A DNA stretch of 64,000 nucleotides from Octopus sinensis. Taxonomy: Eukaryota. Both the position numbers and the translations under genes were made by a program. Location: NCBI RefSeq assembly GCF_006345805.1, contig NC_043011.1:26238464-26302463 (forward strand). Reading direction: 5' to 3'. Positions within the stretch are counted from its first letter, which is position 1, and each line of letters starts with the position of its first letter. Below the pieces are notes generated by a model that did no database searches, was not told the origin of the DNA, and worked only from the letters and a program-made list of their open reading frames with translations. Positions 47,440-59,701 of the stretch are shown here, piece after piece.

Positions 47440-49475
47440 GTAAGTGAGGACCCGGCCCATGTCCTGTAGATAGCTGACATAACACATCATATCTATCCGA
47501 AATTTGCACAAAATGTCTGTCCGTATTCTGTTTAAAAATGATCTCATTCTTCCTCGATCTTTACTTTGTCTATAACTAGGTGATATATTTGCTCTATGTG
47601 AGTATATCTTTGTGGGTTGTTTTCCCGAAGGGTTGTTTCATTTCGTTTAGGGAAGAGAATAGCTCCTTCTCATAGGGTGTAGGCTCTCCCTCATTAGTGA
47701 TTACTTCTTCAGCAGCAGAGTGTGTCTCCTTGTCATAAGAAATGTATCCTTTCTTGCGCTTTTTATTGCGCTTTAAATTTTTTTTTCTGCTATGTCTTTT
47801 CCCGTCTCCCCCACCCCACAAAATAATTTGCTTATATCTTTCGACCTCTATCTGGCCGCGATCCTAGAAACTACTGCTATGTGGAGGTACTTCTAGATTG
47901 CTTAGTTCTCGCTTCTGTTGTAGCTTCTGTAAATCTTTATCTTCACCGGTTGTAGCTGGAAGAAGACGTTCTTGTGTCTTATGGTTTACTCCAAGCAACA
48001 AGGAGGGAGCAGTTATACTTGCCGACTCACAAATTGTGTTTGGAGTCACGATAACCTCCATAATTTGTTGCTATTGTTGTGGCTTTCGTTCTTGTAGGCT
48101 TTCTCTATAGAAAGCCTTTATAGTCACACGAGTAGCAACAGTGCCATCTACCTTCGATGCTGAGCTTTAAGGTTTTTCACTCTGTACCCTCTGCAGAATC
48201 AGTACTGGTGCTGTTTTATGGTTTTGGGGAGTCACGGGGATTTATATGTCCAAAGTTATTCCATTCGATCAAATATCGCTAAATTTTACGTCTGCACCGA
48301 CCAAATGCCTATATTGTTGAACGAACAAGGTGGTATCAAAAAGTTCCCGGACTAGTTCTGTACCGCGCCAACAGATGGCAGCACACGGTTGCGTGCGCAG
48401 TGAGAGTTAGCAGTGACCTTCATGAGGCAGTGTGACGAGTGACATCGCTGTGTTTAGTTCGTAAGTTGTGAAATTTGTGTTTTTGTGATCACGTGCATGC
48501 TGTAATAAGTAGTTTTGTCATGGACAGGAACAAAGAACCAACGTAAAATTTTGCGTTATACTTGGGATGTCTGCTACAGAGGCATTGAACATGCTTCAGC
48601 GAGCTTACGGCGATGGGGCAATGGGGTCGCACGCAATGTTTCGAGTGGGACGGGCGCTTCAAAAGCGGAAGAACGTCCCTGGAAGACGATGGGCGATCTG
48701 GAAGACGATGGGCGATCTGGAAGACCTGTCTCGAGCGTCACCCCAAGAAATGTGGTATTGTGCATCAAGAATTCGTTACCCAGGGCCAGACCGTCAATAG
48801 AGAGTTCTACTGTAATGTTTTGAAGCGTTTGAGGGAGGATATTCGGCGAAAGCAACCGGATATGTAGGGCGCGAAGAACTGGAATCTTCACCCACCTCTC
48901 CTCACACGTGAGTTTCTCGCCAAAAGAAATTCGTCAGATTTAGTCCTTGTGGACTTTCACATCTTCCCCAAGATAAAAATACAGCTCAAAGGTCTCCGTT
49001 TTAACACCGTTGTCGAGATCCAGAGCGAACCACAGAGGGTCCTCGACCCGCTTACGGAAAACAACTTCCAGGCCGGATTCCAAAAGTGGGAAGAACGCTG
49101 GGACATTGGGACCGTTGTACTGCTGCGCAAGGTGACTATTTCGAAGGAGATTATGTTAATACTTAGGTAAATAAGTTGTCTTTTTATTAAACATAACTAA
49201 TCCGGGGACCTTTTGATACCACCTCGAAAGTGACTACTAATCAAGGGGTAATATCATCACTTCTGATGCCTCTGACGATCCTTGTGATTCTTCCTAAATA
49301 CTGCGAATGCAATTTGGGCTTGCGGTTAAGACTCATCTTCTCTTTTAAAGATGATACATATGATACCATAAACCCTCACTCTCTTCCAATAATGGAGATT
49401 TCATTTAAAATATCTGCCAGGGCTTTTTCCATGTTTTCCTTAGATCGAACGAGGAACTCGCTCATTGCCTTAGCA
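47440..49475 (-). mobile_element. Possible non-LTR (L1/Tx1-like) ORF1 relic interrupted by the 48325 mariner
   Basis: Protein-like but unclassified decayed reading on both sides of the mariner; no diagnostic motif recovered. Confidence 0.3.
48325..49226 (+). mobile_element. Internally deleted mariner (irritans/Hsmar2-like)
   Basis: TIRs ACAAGGTGGTATCAAAAAGTTCCCGGACTAGTT / reverse counterpart at 49194-49226; FEW..RFKSGRTSLEDDGRSGR, GQTVNREFYCNVLKRLREDIRRK, DFHIFPKIKIQLKG.RF. Confidence 0.9.
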
Positions 49476-49575
49476 NNNNNNNNNNNNNNNNNNNNNNNNN
49501 NNNNNNNNNNNNNNNNNNNNNNNNNNNNNNNNNNNNNNNNNNNNNNNNNNNNNNNNNNNNNNNNNNNNNNNNNNN
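49476..49575. other. Assembly gap (100 N, true size unknown)
   Basis: Direct reading. Confidence 1.
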
Positions 49576-49881
49576 GAACAATGAGAATGAGTGCTCAACA
49601 CCGTATTGGTGGATAGGGATTCATTATTTATGGATTAAGGCTGCCATTTATTTCATGTTATGGTAGCTCTCAACATGTGTTGGATTAAAACATGTATTTT
49701 AATCCAAATTGGAGACGAACACCGACGTTCCATGTGAAAGACTTGGTAATTGTTGAGGGCTTCCTTGACATGAAACCAATGGTAGCCTAAAACAGCAAAA
49801 CAGGATATGTGTGTGTGTTTATATATACACACACACATATATATAAACTGTTAAGAATAAATATTAGACCTTGATCTCAGC

Positions 49882-49928
<47 letters not shown>

Positions 49929-50725
49929 CTATTATATACATATATATTATATATATATATAGATATATATATATATATATATACATATATACCACATATA
50001 CAGGTATATATATGCACACACACATCGCATTCATGCATATATATATGCATACGCACATACGTACATGCATACATACAATGTAGTATGCCAAACAGTGAGT
50101 GAGAAGTAGATATTTTAGTTCACCCAACTATAGTCATATGTTTTAGGCATATAAACTCTTGCCGTGGAAAGGCACCTTGTGGTAACCTCAATTACTCGTA
50201 AATATATCATGGGCGACCCTAGGTCTGATCCGTTAACTTTAGTTACTCTACCAAATTTAAACCATTGCGTGTGTGTGTTTGAGTATGTGTGTGAGTGCTT
50301 GTGTGATTATGTGTGTGTGTGTGTGTTTGAGTATGTGTGTGAGTGCTTGTGTGATTATGTGTGTGTGTGTGTGTGTGTGTGAGTGTGTGTGTTTCTTGTC
50401 TGTCTACATGTGAGTATCCATATGTGAGAGATCCTGTTTTATTTTTATATTTATTATGCTGAGCTTATGGTAATTCTGAGATATATTGTATATTGTGTTG
50501 GATATTAATTTTTTATGACATAATTCATTTTTAATTACTTTGATGCGTATATACGAATGTATATAAATATTTATACATGTGTGTGCGCGTGGGTGTGAGC
50601 GTGGCTGTGAATATATACAAAACCATAGTATACATATCTACACACACACACACACACACATACAGACACTCTCAAACATACACTCAAGCACACAAATATA
50701 CACACACACACACACAACCACACAT

Positions 50726-50770
<45 letters not shown>

Positions 50771-51467
50771 TAACATACACATATATACATATATACAGAG
50801 ACCCGCACGCCACCTAGTCCGCGTACGCATACGCACACACACATACAGACACCCACTCACATACGCGCTCAGACATACACTAGAGGAAGAGGAAGTACGT
50901 GTTTACAAACATACACACATACACGAACACAAACATACACACGCACACACACACACGCACACACGCACACACACACACACACACAACCCCGCCACACACA
51001 CGCACACTGACACTTCCTCTGGCTCCTTTGCACAAATACGCACCCACGTCTGTGTGTGTGTGTGTGTGTGTGTGTGAAATCATGTGTATGTGTCTGTATG
51101 AGTGGAATTTTTGCTTTAAGACCATTTCAAAGAGTGGAACAACTCTTCTGCCACAGTACTTATGCACTCAATTAGTTTTGTTTGTTCTTGTGACGCTGGA
51201 AGTGAACACTGATGTAATTTGGCGTGGATGGGTTTCGTTAAAGATGCCAAGGACGTAAGTTAACAAGTAAATAGCGAAATAAATGATATATCAAGCTAGT
51301 AGAGGGCTTCACTGTCGCGATATACAATACTGTTGAGATGAGTTCTTGAAAATTTTGGTTAGAAGATGGAAGATAAATTTTTATAAGACGTCTCCCTTTG
51401 CGTTGCTCTTTCTCTCACTCTGTATATGAATTTATTTGAACGACTGTTTATATGCGTTTGCATGTGT

Positions 51468-51538
<71 letters not shown>

Positions 51539-51585
51539 CGTGCATACTTACATATACATATATGTATAGAATAAAAAAAACATAA

Positions 51586-51775
51586 ATGCGCCCTTTTAAA
51601 GCCTAGCCAGGCTCATGGGCCCAGTTTCCCGGTTTCAATGGCGTATGTATTCCCCAGCTGGACGGGACGCCAGCGTTACTCATTTTTGCCAGTTGAGTAG
51701 ACTGGAGAAAAGCGTTGCCCGGTCCAGGAATCGAAACCACAATCATGATGCTGACACCCTAACCACTAAGCCTCC
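51586..51775 (-). mobile_element. tRNA-derived SINE (further family)
   Basis: Minus-strand head GGCTTAGTGGTTAGGG..GTTTCGATTCC (A and B boxes). Confidence 0.7.
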
Positions 51776-51861
51776 ACAATATATATGTATATATGTATAT
51801 ATATGTATTAGGAAATTATAAAATCGATAAAGACGTTTTATCGTACAATGGTAAGTTAAAC

Positions 51862-52015
51862 AGCGGTTCGGCAAAAAGAGACCGATAGAATAAGTACTGG
51901 GCTTACAAAGAATAAGTCCTGGGGTCGATTTGCTCGACTAAAAAAAGGCGGTGCTCCAGCATGGCCGCAGTCAAAATGACTGAAACAAGTAAAAGAGTAA
52001 AAGAGTAAAAGAGGT
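51862..52015 (+). mobile_element. SINE S2 3' fragment
   Basis: GCGGTTCGGCAAAA..GAAACAAG(TAAAAGAG)3 tail. Confidence 0.85.
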
Positions 52016-52324
52016 AAACAGACAGTTTTCATGTTGCACTGTAAGGTCAGGATGAAGTCCATTGTCAAAATGGGGGAAGCTAGGTGTTAATAGCGTAACT
52101 GTGAAACTCTAACAAATTGGCTAGACCGTAGCTAACCTTTATAAACAGCGATAATAGTAACCCCAGTTTTTGTGTGACAGGTTTTTCTGTGAGACAAGTT
52201 TCAATTGGATTCTAGAAGCTGTGATTGCCTATTTAGTCTATGCGCTTTGTGCTTTGTGTTGGGCATTTATGAAATTATTTTATGCTCCAGGAATTCGCCA
52301 GAACTTTTTGCTTGTCACTTTTAA

Positions 52325-52520
52325 AATAATTTCTGTATCACACCTGGATCCAAGGTTCGAAATCCAAAGTTCGAAAACTGAATTTGTGAAGCCAGATTTT
52401 ATGAAATCCAAATTTTCGGAATCCATATTTTTTGAAAAGCAAATTTGTGAGGCCAGATTTTGTGTGAGGCTAATTTTGGTGAAACCAAAATTTGTGAATC
52501 CAGAATTACGAATCCAAGTT
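52325..52520. repeat. Degenerate ~15-bp minisatellite (AAATTTGTGAAGCCA-like)
   Basis: Recurring TTTGTGA/TTTTCGGA/TTTATGA every ~15 nt. Confidence 0.6.
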
Positions 52521-52553
52521 TGAGATATTAAATTGGTGATATATATATATATA

Positions 52554-52727
52554 TATATCTATATTGTATAGAGGGCATTATTACACATAAATGCCTCACA
52601 CTAAGAGGGACAAAGTCATTACTACCAAAAATATTATATATAATTAGTATAATTTTGGTAGTAATGACTTTGTCCCTCTTAGTGTGAGGCATTTATGTGT
52701 AATATGCCTCTATACAATATAGATATA
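52554..52727. mobile_element. Near-perfect 174-bp palindrome/fold-back element
   Basis: ~76-bp arms differing by two 1-nt indels around a ~21-nt AT spacer; one-arm relative at 53632-53700. Confidence 0.8.
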
Positions 52728-53104
52728 ATTAATTTGTTCAAAAGAAAAAAATTATTTCGAATTCTTTTCTTTTATGAGGTTTTCACGCTAACTACCCGAT
52801 AATTTCTTGTTAAGATCCCTTATTAAGAGATTATCCTTAATTGTTAAACTTATATATATATATATATATATTACCTTTATAAATATTTTGACTGCATGTC
52901 TCGTGTAGCAGTAATTTATTTTTGTTCGTTTATATTTGTTTTGTATGTAGGCTATTTTTTATGCTGATACTTAATTGTTAATAAAATTTTACAAAACAAC
53001 TTCATGGTGTGTTGTTGCTTTGGGTTCACCCCATCCTTGTTGGTTGTGTAAATTCGGGTTATGGCCATCAGGTCGTAACAGTATGTATGTGTATGTATAC
53101 GTAC

Positions 53105-53140
<36 letters not shown>

Positions 53141-53321
53141 GTATGTGTGTACCATTAATTTTTGCTTTTATGTTCAATTATAAAAAAAACAATTTTACAT
53201 TAATCTGACAGGTTATTCTATACTTTTGTAGAGTACACATGTATTATTCTAATACAAGAATATTCTTCACGGGGCTTCTAAGTTTTAACTGGCTAAGCCA
53301 TCGTCGGACGATGGGTTAGCT

Positions 53322-53405
<84 letters not shown>

Positions 53406-53700
53406 AATTCGTAAAAGTCTGCCATTTACCGGATGTAATATATGTAAACCAACCCATGTGCTTCGCTGAAGTCGGTCAGTTAGCTGCTCGGCTTGGACGA
53501 GGTGGGTTCGTTTATTTGTGATACATCCAGACTTGCTGATGAATACAGAGGTATGAAATCACAGGTGATACAAGTCCATATTTTTAAATGTCTTACTTTG
53601 AAAAATTGCATTCGGTGGGATTAGTAAAATTTTTGGTAGAAATGACTAATTTTGTCCCTCTTAGCGTGTGGCATGTATGTATAAATGCCCTCTATATATA

Positions 53701-53789
<89 letters not shown>

Positions 53790-53922
53790 GTATAGAACAA
53801 GCAGGCTAGGCAAGTCGATATATACAAAAAATATTAAATGATTATTTTGGACCACCAATACCCACACCCCCCCCCGAAACAGCTGTGAGACTCGTAAAAT
53901 TCTTATTCAATCCCTTTAATTC

Positions 53923-53971
<49 letters not shown>

Positions 53972-54160
53972 TATATATAATATATATATAATATATATAT
54001 ATATATAGGTAGGTAGGTATTTAAGTACATCAATTCAAGATGGGTATAAACCTTATAGCTGAAAGATACAGAAATAATTATTTTGAAACGCATGATAATG
54101 CTAATACAATAAGCATGAACAGGATAAACTATCCATATTACAGGAAAAAATAAATCGTTG

Positions 54161-54235
54161 CCGGCTATCCACGAGACTCGACCTCACTTCTCAGTGATTA
54201 CGCGTCAAGTGCTTTACCTTTAAACTAAAATGCCC
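54161..54235 (-). pseudogene. Degenerate tRNA-Thr-like sequence or SINE head
   Basis: TAGTTTAAAGG (A box), loop CG-CGT-AA, T-arm GTGAG-GTCGAGT-CTCGT; acceptor and anticodon stems imperfect. Confidence 0.45.
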
Positions 54236-54628
54236 AATAACGAAATGTTCTGCAATTTTCGGATTTATAACTCTAGCTTTATAAGACGCTAACGTTGAAT
54301 TCAACTTACGATGAAAGTAAACAAACGAAGTTTGTTTACTTTCATCGTAATTTGAACTTATAGTTTGCCTTAGAAAACTTGTCTACCGGTGTTGGCTTAC
54401 AGATACAGTTTTACGGCAAAATTCTGTGTAAGTCGGACCTTTTTATATGTAAACATTTTTTGTATTAAATGTATTTAATACTTTTTTTTATTTCGACTTG
54501 CTTAACTTGCTTGTCCTTACATTTACTCCTCTACCTGCTCGAGTTCAAATCTTGAGCACTACGAAGTGTTTTCTATACGGATAATATCTGTCTGTCTGTG
54601 TGTCTGTCTCTCTCTCTCTCTCTGTCTC

Positions 54629-54659
<31 letters not shown>

Positions 54660-54666
54660 GTGTGTG

Positions 54667-54741
<75 letters not shown>

Positions 54742-55366
54742 GTAGGTAGGTAGGTAGGTAGGTACATCAATTCAAAAGAGTATAAACCTTATAGTTTGCT
54801 TTAGAAAGCCTGTCTACCGGTGTTGGCCTACAGATACGGTTTTATGGCAAAAATCGATCGTATTACTGAAAATACTTCCGGAAATCCGTGAAAATCTATA
54901 GAGTATGTATAAAAAAAGTAATTTAAAAAAGGTTGAGAAAACACTTTTTATAGCATAATAAAGTGGAGATGAAACAATTGTAGCATTATGCAATAAAGCA
55001 GACTCAATCTGTCCTTTTTTCTGGGGTCAATCCATTCGGCTAAGAATTCTTCAAGGCGTTGCCTCAGAATGACTGCAGTCTAATGACTGAAACAGGTAAA
55101 AGAACCTTTCTGAAACATACTGACGTTCACATAAGCCTCTTTACATAAACAATACCAGACACAGCTAACTCTAATACGAACGAATTCATTATGCTAAAAG
55201 CATGGGAGCAAAGGTTAAGCATAAATCAAATGACAAAATAGAGCCGTTAACTGAAAGTAGTTCTTATATTACTTTAAAGACCATAAAGATAATCTCTGAG
55301 TAAATCTTAAGTGTATATTGATAGATCCAACGAAGGGTAGGTTAAATAAAACTAGTACGAACATTT

Positions 55367-55773
55367 GGATCTTTTCGGTTTGAACGGCAGTTTTTAACAT
55401 AATTTCTAGGTAACTAAAAATTTTAAACTTCGTATACTGGTAGAATGTGTTTATAAAACATCTTTTTCTCTTGGCTTTATTGAGAAAATTCTATAGTTTG
55501 TAAGATATTTGTTGTTGTTTTTCTTCAGTTTCTGCAATTTCAACCAATCAGTGACGTCTATTGAGTTAAAACGCATTCTGTGCCGTATGAATATGTCCCT
55601 CGTTTAAGAAACAGATTGGGTTTATTTAAATTTGTGAAGAAAAAAAGATACCCTTCCCCCACCCCTAACCCTAAAACATTGAAATGCAATAGATCGATAC
55701 TAGGGTCATAATTATGGGTGACAATTTCATATGACACCGCTAGAAAAAACTGCCGTTCAAACCGAAAAGATCC
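55367..55773. mobile_element. MITE with perfect 29-bp TIRs, superfamily unclear
   Basis: GGATCTTTTCGGTTTGAACGGCAGTTTTT at 55367-55395 and reverse complement at 55745-55773; no clear TSD. Confidence 0.88.
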
Positions 55774-56917
55774 CTGCTCTATGATACTGATATCAAAATC
55801 ATGCATACATTTTATTTTTCGAAGATGCATATTAAGGACAATTTTTTGCTTTTTAAATCAGGAAATTCAGTGTTTCAACTCAATCTTTTGTTCCTTCTGA
55901 AATATGTCGATTGATACAGCTACAGATTATCTTCAGTTGGCTTTGGATTATAGAAAGACTACAGCATTTTTAGTTACAGTCATATGAGCGATTATCAACA
56001 TTTTCAGAGTTAAACCTAAAAACTGTAGCGAAACTAATTTAAGTATAGTGATTATTTTCGACATTACTTAAGATGTACATACTAGCAAATATTCTCCTAA
56101 CATAAATGAACATTCAAATCAACCACCTCCAATGGTTAAAAAATTAAGAAGTTGATATAAGTAGGCCCATTTCTAACATAGTGTTAGGTGTAAATAAATT
56201 TAACTGTGTCGCCGTTTATTACAACGGTGCCTTATAAGTTCCCTTTAAACGAAAGAAAATAGATAAAATTAGACAAAGAGAAACAAAGAACTGTCAAGGG
56301 AAGATGAAAAATAGACAAAGGAAATCCTCATTAATCTTAATATCCGTACTAATACTGGCTAGAATCTAAACCATATTCATTTTAAGAAAAATTCATTTAA
56401 GATATGTATGCATCCAGACTCAAAGAAAAAGGCGCACTACTTCGTCAATGTATATATGGAAGCTAAAAGACAACATTTTAAAAAATGGTCAATGGTCGAT
56501 CACGCTGCTACATCTAAGATCAGTTTGAAAAATGAGAAATGTGCTACAAAGAGAACTATACTATTTTAAGAGACTCAATTCTTGCTAAATAAGAAAATAA
56601 GAAACTGCCGTTTTATCAATAAATACACACTGAAATACTTGGAATCAAAACATACATGTACATGTATATACATACATAATCCTATATGTGGCCGTTCAAT
56701 TCACTATAAGTAGTAGTTAAATCTCCCTCAAACCACAAGCTGCTGTCTGAAAAGATGGGATAGTTCATTAGCTATTTTAAACCAAGGTACTCAAAACCGC
56801 CCAATGGTAGCAGCTAGACCACTCTTGATGATGGTTCTACTCGGCTAGTGCTGATCTGGAATAAAAGATAGCAGCAGAAGCAACAACAAAATTGAAACAA
56901 GTTATGAAACTACTTAC

Positions 56918-56982
56918 AATTCATAGGGATCTTTATAGAGATTCAATTCTTCACCGAGAAATTCAGCGTAAGTTGCCCAACC
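56918..56982 (-). CDS. DUF885-family protein exon
   Basis: tttaaag acceptor, gtaagt donor; GWATYAEFLGEELNLYKDPYE(L); 65 nt, phase 0-2. Confidence 0.92.
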
Positions 56983-57067
56983 CTTTAAAGAATAAATGAA
57001 AATTGTTAGAATTCACATAATTCACACACACACACGCACACACACACCACACACGCACACACACACA

Positions 57068-57100
<33 letters not shown>

Positions 57101-57712
57101 TAGATAGATAGATAGACTACGAGGCAAGAAGGAGACAAGCAAACAAATAATACATAAAGTAGGACAATCAAAATGCTTGACGGAAAATGTGTAGAAATAT
57201 GAAACGAAAAGAAAAAACGCTGTAAGAATGTATACAATGAATATAAAACACATACACATTTCTATCAACTTTTCCTTCTAGGAACTAAAAACAGCAACCA
57301 CACATGAATAACAAGTCTAGGGGAAGTATCCACATGAATACCCTGCAAGAAGTAACAGCCAAATCTTCCTGATATTACTCGTTACTTTCTTATTTAAAAA
57401 CTGCACATTAGATAACATAGTTCAAGAGACACTACACCTGATTTAAAAAGTACTTTTCATTATAGCTCCGGTATTTTCAGGGCTGGCTGGCTGGCTGGTT
57501 GGCAATATCAAGTAAATCTCTCTAAAATTGCCCCCTGGTGTAAAAATGGAATAGTTTCGGTAGGACAGTCTTCATCGACTTGTTCGGGGTTATTTTGGGA
57601 GTCTAAACAGCAACAACAACAAACACAACAATAACAATAAAAACAACAATTACAGACAACGAGAAGGAAGGGAAAAAATGTGAGTCATCAACGAAGAAAG
57701 CAGGGAACCTAC

Positions 57713-57820
57713 CTCCATAAATGCCGCGTAATTTGGGAGAGCTAAAGGTACAGCATAATATTTGCCAGAGAGGTAGAGACGGCGGTATTTCGGTATTGGG
57801 TTGGCGTTGCTGTAAGAGAC
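57713..57820 (-). CDS. DUF885-family protein, internal exon (first visible)
   Basis: Minus strand tcttctgcag acceptor and gtaggt donor; 108 nt, phase 0-0; VSYSNANPIPKYRRLYLSGKYYAVPLALPNYAAFME splices in frame to GW.. giving the family EGW motif. Confidence 0.88.
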
Positions 57821-58068
57821 CTGCAGAAGATACAAAAGTTGTACACTAAATATTAATAACATTAGTAACACACATCACACTCACGCGCGCAGTTGTTTGT
57901 ATGTATATATATGTGTGTATATATGTGTGTATATAGGAAACATACTGGGTTGACAGGCAATTTAAATTCTGCCTTTTGTTGCAAACTCAAGCAAGGAAGC
58001 ATGGAAAGTGGACTATATGCATATACATACATGCATACATACATACATACATACATACATACATACAT

Positions 58069-58111
<43 letters not shown>

Positions 58112-58174
58112 CATACATATATACGTACGTAGACTTACACATCATACATAATACAATATATACGTTCATACATA

Positions 58175-59441
58175 CAAGGGTTGGACAAAATAATGGAAAC
58201 ACCTTAAAATTTCAAACAAATTAATTTTAATATGGGGTAGGGCCACCTTTGGCAGTAATTACAGCTTGAATTCTACGAGGTTTGGATTCATACAAAGTTT
58301 GAATTGTTTCCAAAGGAAGTTTTGTTCATTCTTAAGCTAAAACAGTCTCCACTTTGTGCAGTGATGATAGTGGAGGATAGCGACTCCTTACTTGTTTTTC
58401 TAAAATGCACCAGAATTGTTTAATAATATTGAGATCTGGCGAGTGTAGTGGCCAGATAAGATGTTCAACTTCACTAGAATGTTCCTCGTGCCATTCGGTA
58501 ACAACTTTAGCTGTGTGAATTTGTGCATTATCATCCTGAAAGATTGAGTTTTCCTCCGGAAACAGTTCCGCAACCACAGGATGAATTTGATCAGATAAAA
58601 TGCTTAAATAGTCTTGACTATTAATTCTGCCATAAAAGGAAACCATTGGGCCAGCGGATTTCTAAGATATAGCCCACCTTCGATCATCACAGATCCTCTT
58701 CCATGTTTAACAGTTGGAAGAAGGCAGTTTGGGTCAAATGCTTCTTTTGGCTGTCTCCACAAGTATACTCGGTCGGTGGTCGGAAATAAGGTAAAGGATG
58801 ATTCGTCCGAGAAAATAACTTTCTTCCACTGCTCTAGGGACCAATTGTGTATGTTTTTATTCCAGTCTAAACGCTTTGCAACGTTTTTTTTTAAAATAAT
58901 GGTTTTCTGATTGCAGCCCTCCCGTGAAACCCGGCTTTGTGCAGCTCCCGGCGAACAGTTTTTGTGGAAACTGGGTTCTTGGAGTGGTCATTAAGCTCTG
59001 CAGTAATTTTGGGAGCTATACTTTTGTGATCCTTTCTAACAATTCGTTTCAGAGTCCAACGGTCCCTATCTGAAATTTTGGTTTCCTTACGGAGTTTTGT
59101 TTCAACGAGGAGGTTTTCCCTCTTTCTCAAATGCTGTCATTACTTTTGAAACAGTACTTCTTGATACAGCAAACTTTTCGGCTGTTTTCGTTACGCTAGC
59201 ACCTGCCATACGAGCACCAACACTTTGACCTCTTTGAAAGTCCGCTAGATCTGTCATTTTAGAGAATTTTAATTACCTTTTTCCGATGATATCTGAAAAG
59301 AACCCAGCAATTTTAGCAAAACATATTAAGCAACACTAATAATAAATAAAAAAACATAAAAATTAAGCTTTTGACGGTTTTATAGATATTTCAAAATTAT
59401 GCTATGATGCTAGGTGTTTCCATTATTTTATCAAATCCCTG
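58175..59441 (-). mobile_element. Full-length but inactivated Tc1 transposon in an intron of the DUF885 gene
   Basis: TA-flanked; TIR ..AAAATAATGGAAACACCT; transposase 59257-58227 with FSDES, FQDDNA, SPDLNIIK (third catalytic E to K); frameshifts. Confidence 0.93.
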
Positions 59442-59701
59442 TACATATAAACATACGTGCATGTGTGTGTATAGTGATCTGGTACACATACAATATACAG
59501 GTCCAATATGCATGTAAAAAAAAACCCGTAGAAATATTAGATTTTGATGGAAACATTTCTTCACGGGGCATGGAATCTCAGGTTTCGTGTAAGCGTGCCA
59601 TCATTAGCGAGGGGAAAATAAGAAAGTAGGTTGGAATCTGAAGTCTATGCTTGATGTACACCCAATATCGATGTAAAAAGAGATACTTAAAATGTTAAAT
59701 C

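Noticed and set aside
50861-50879. 19-nt AG/GTGAGT-bounded microexon candidate in the DUF885 intron
   Set aside because: Length is not a multiple of 3 between phase-2 boundaries, and it sits in low-complexity sequence.
52052-52066. DNGLH on the minus strand as the missing DTG.H exon; also an acceptor-like site at 49787
   Set aside because: No RLVV context and no suitable splice sites; no reading frame after 49787 shows family motifs.
57650-57871. ORF starting MLLMLLIFSVQLLYLLQ, resembling a secreted peptide
   Set aside because: The hydrophobic start is the translated polypyrimidine tract; only 57713-57820 is bounded by splice sites and fits the DUF885 gene.
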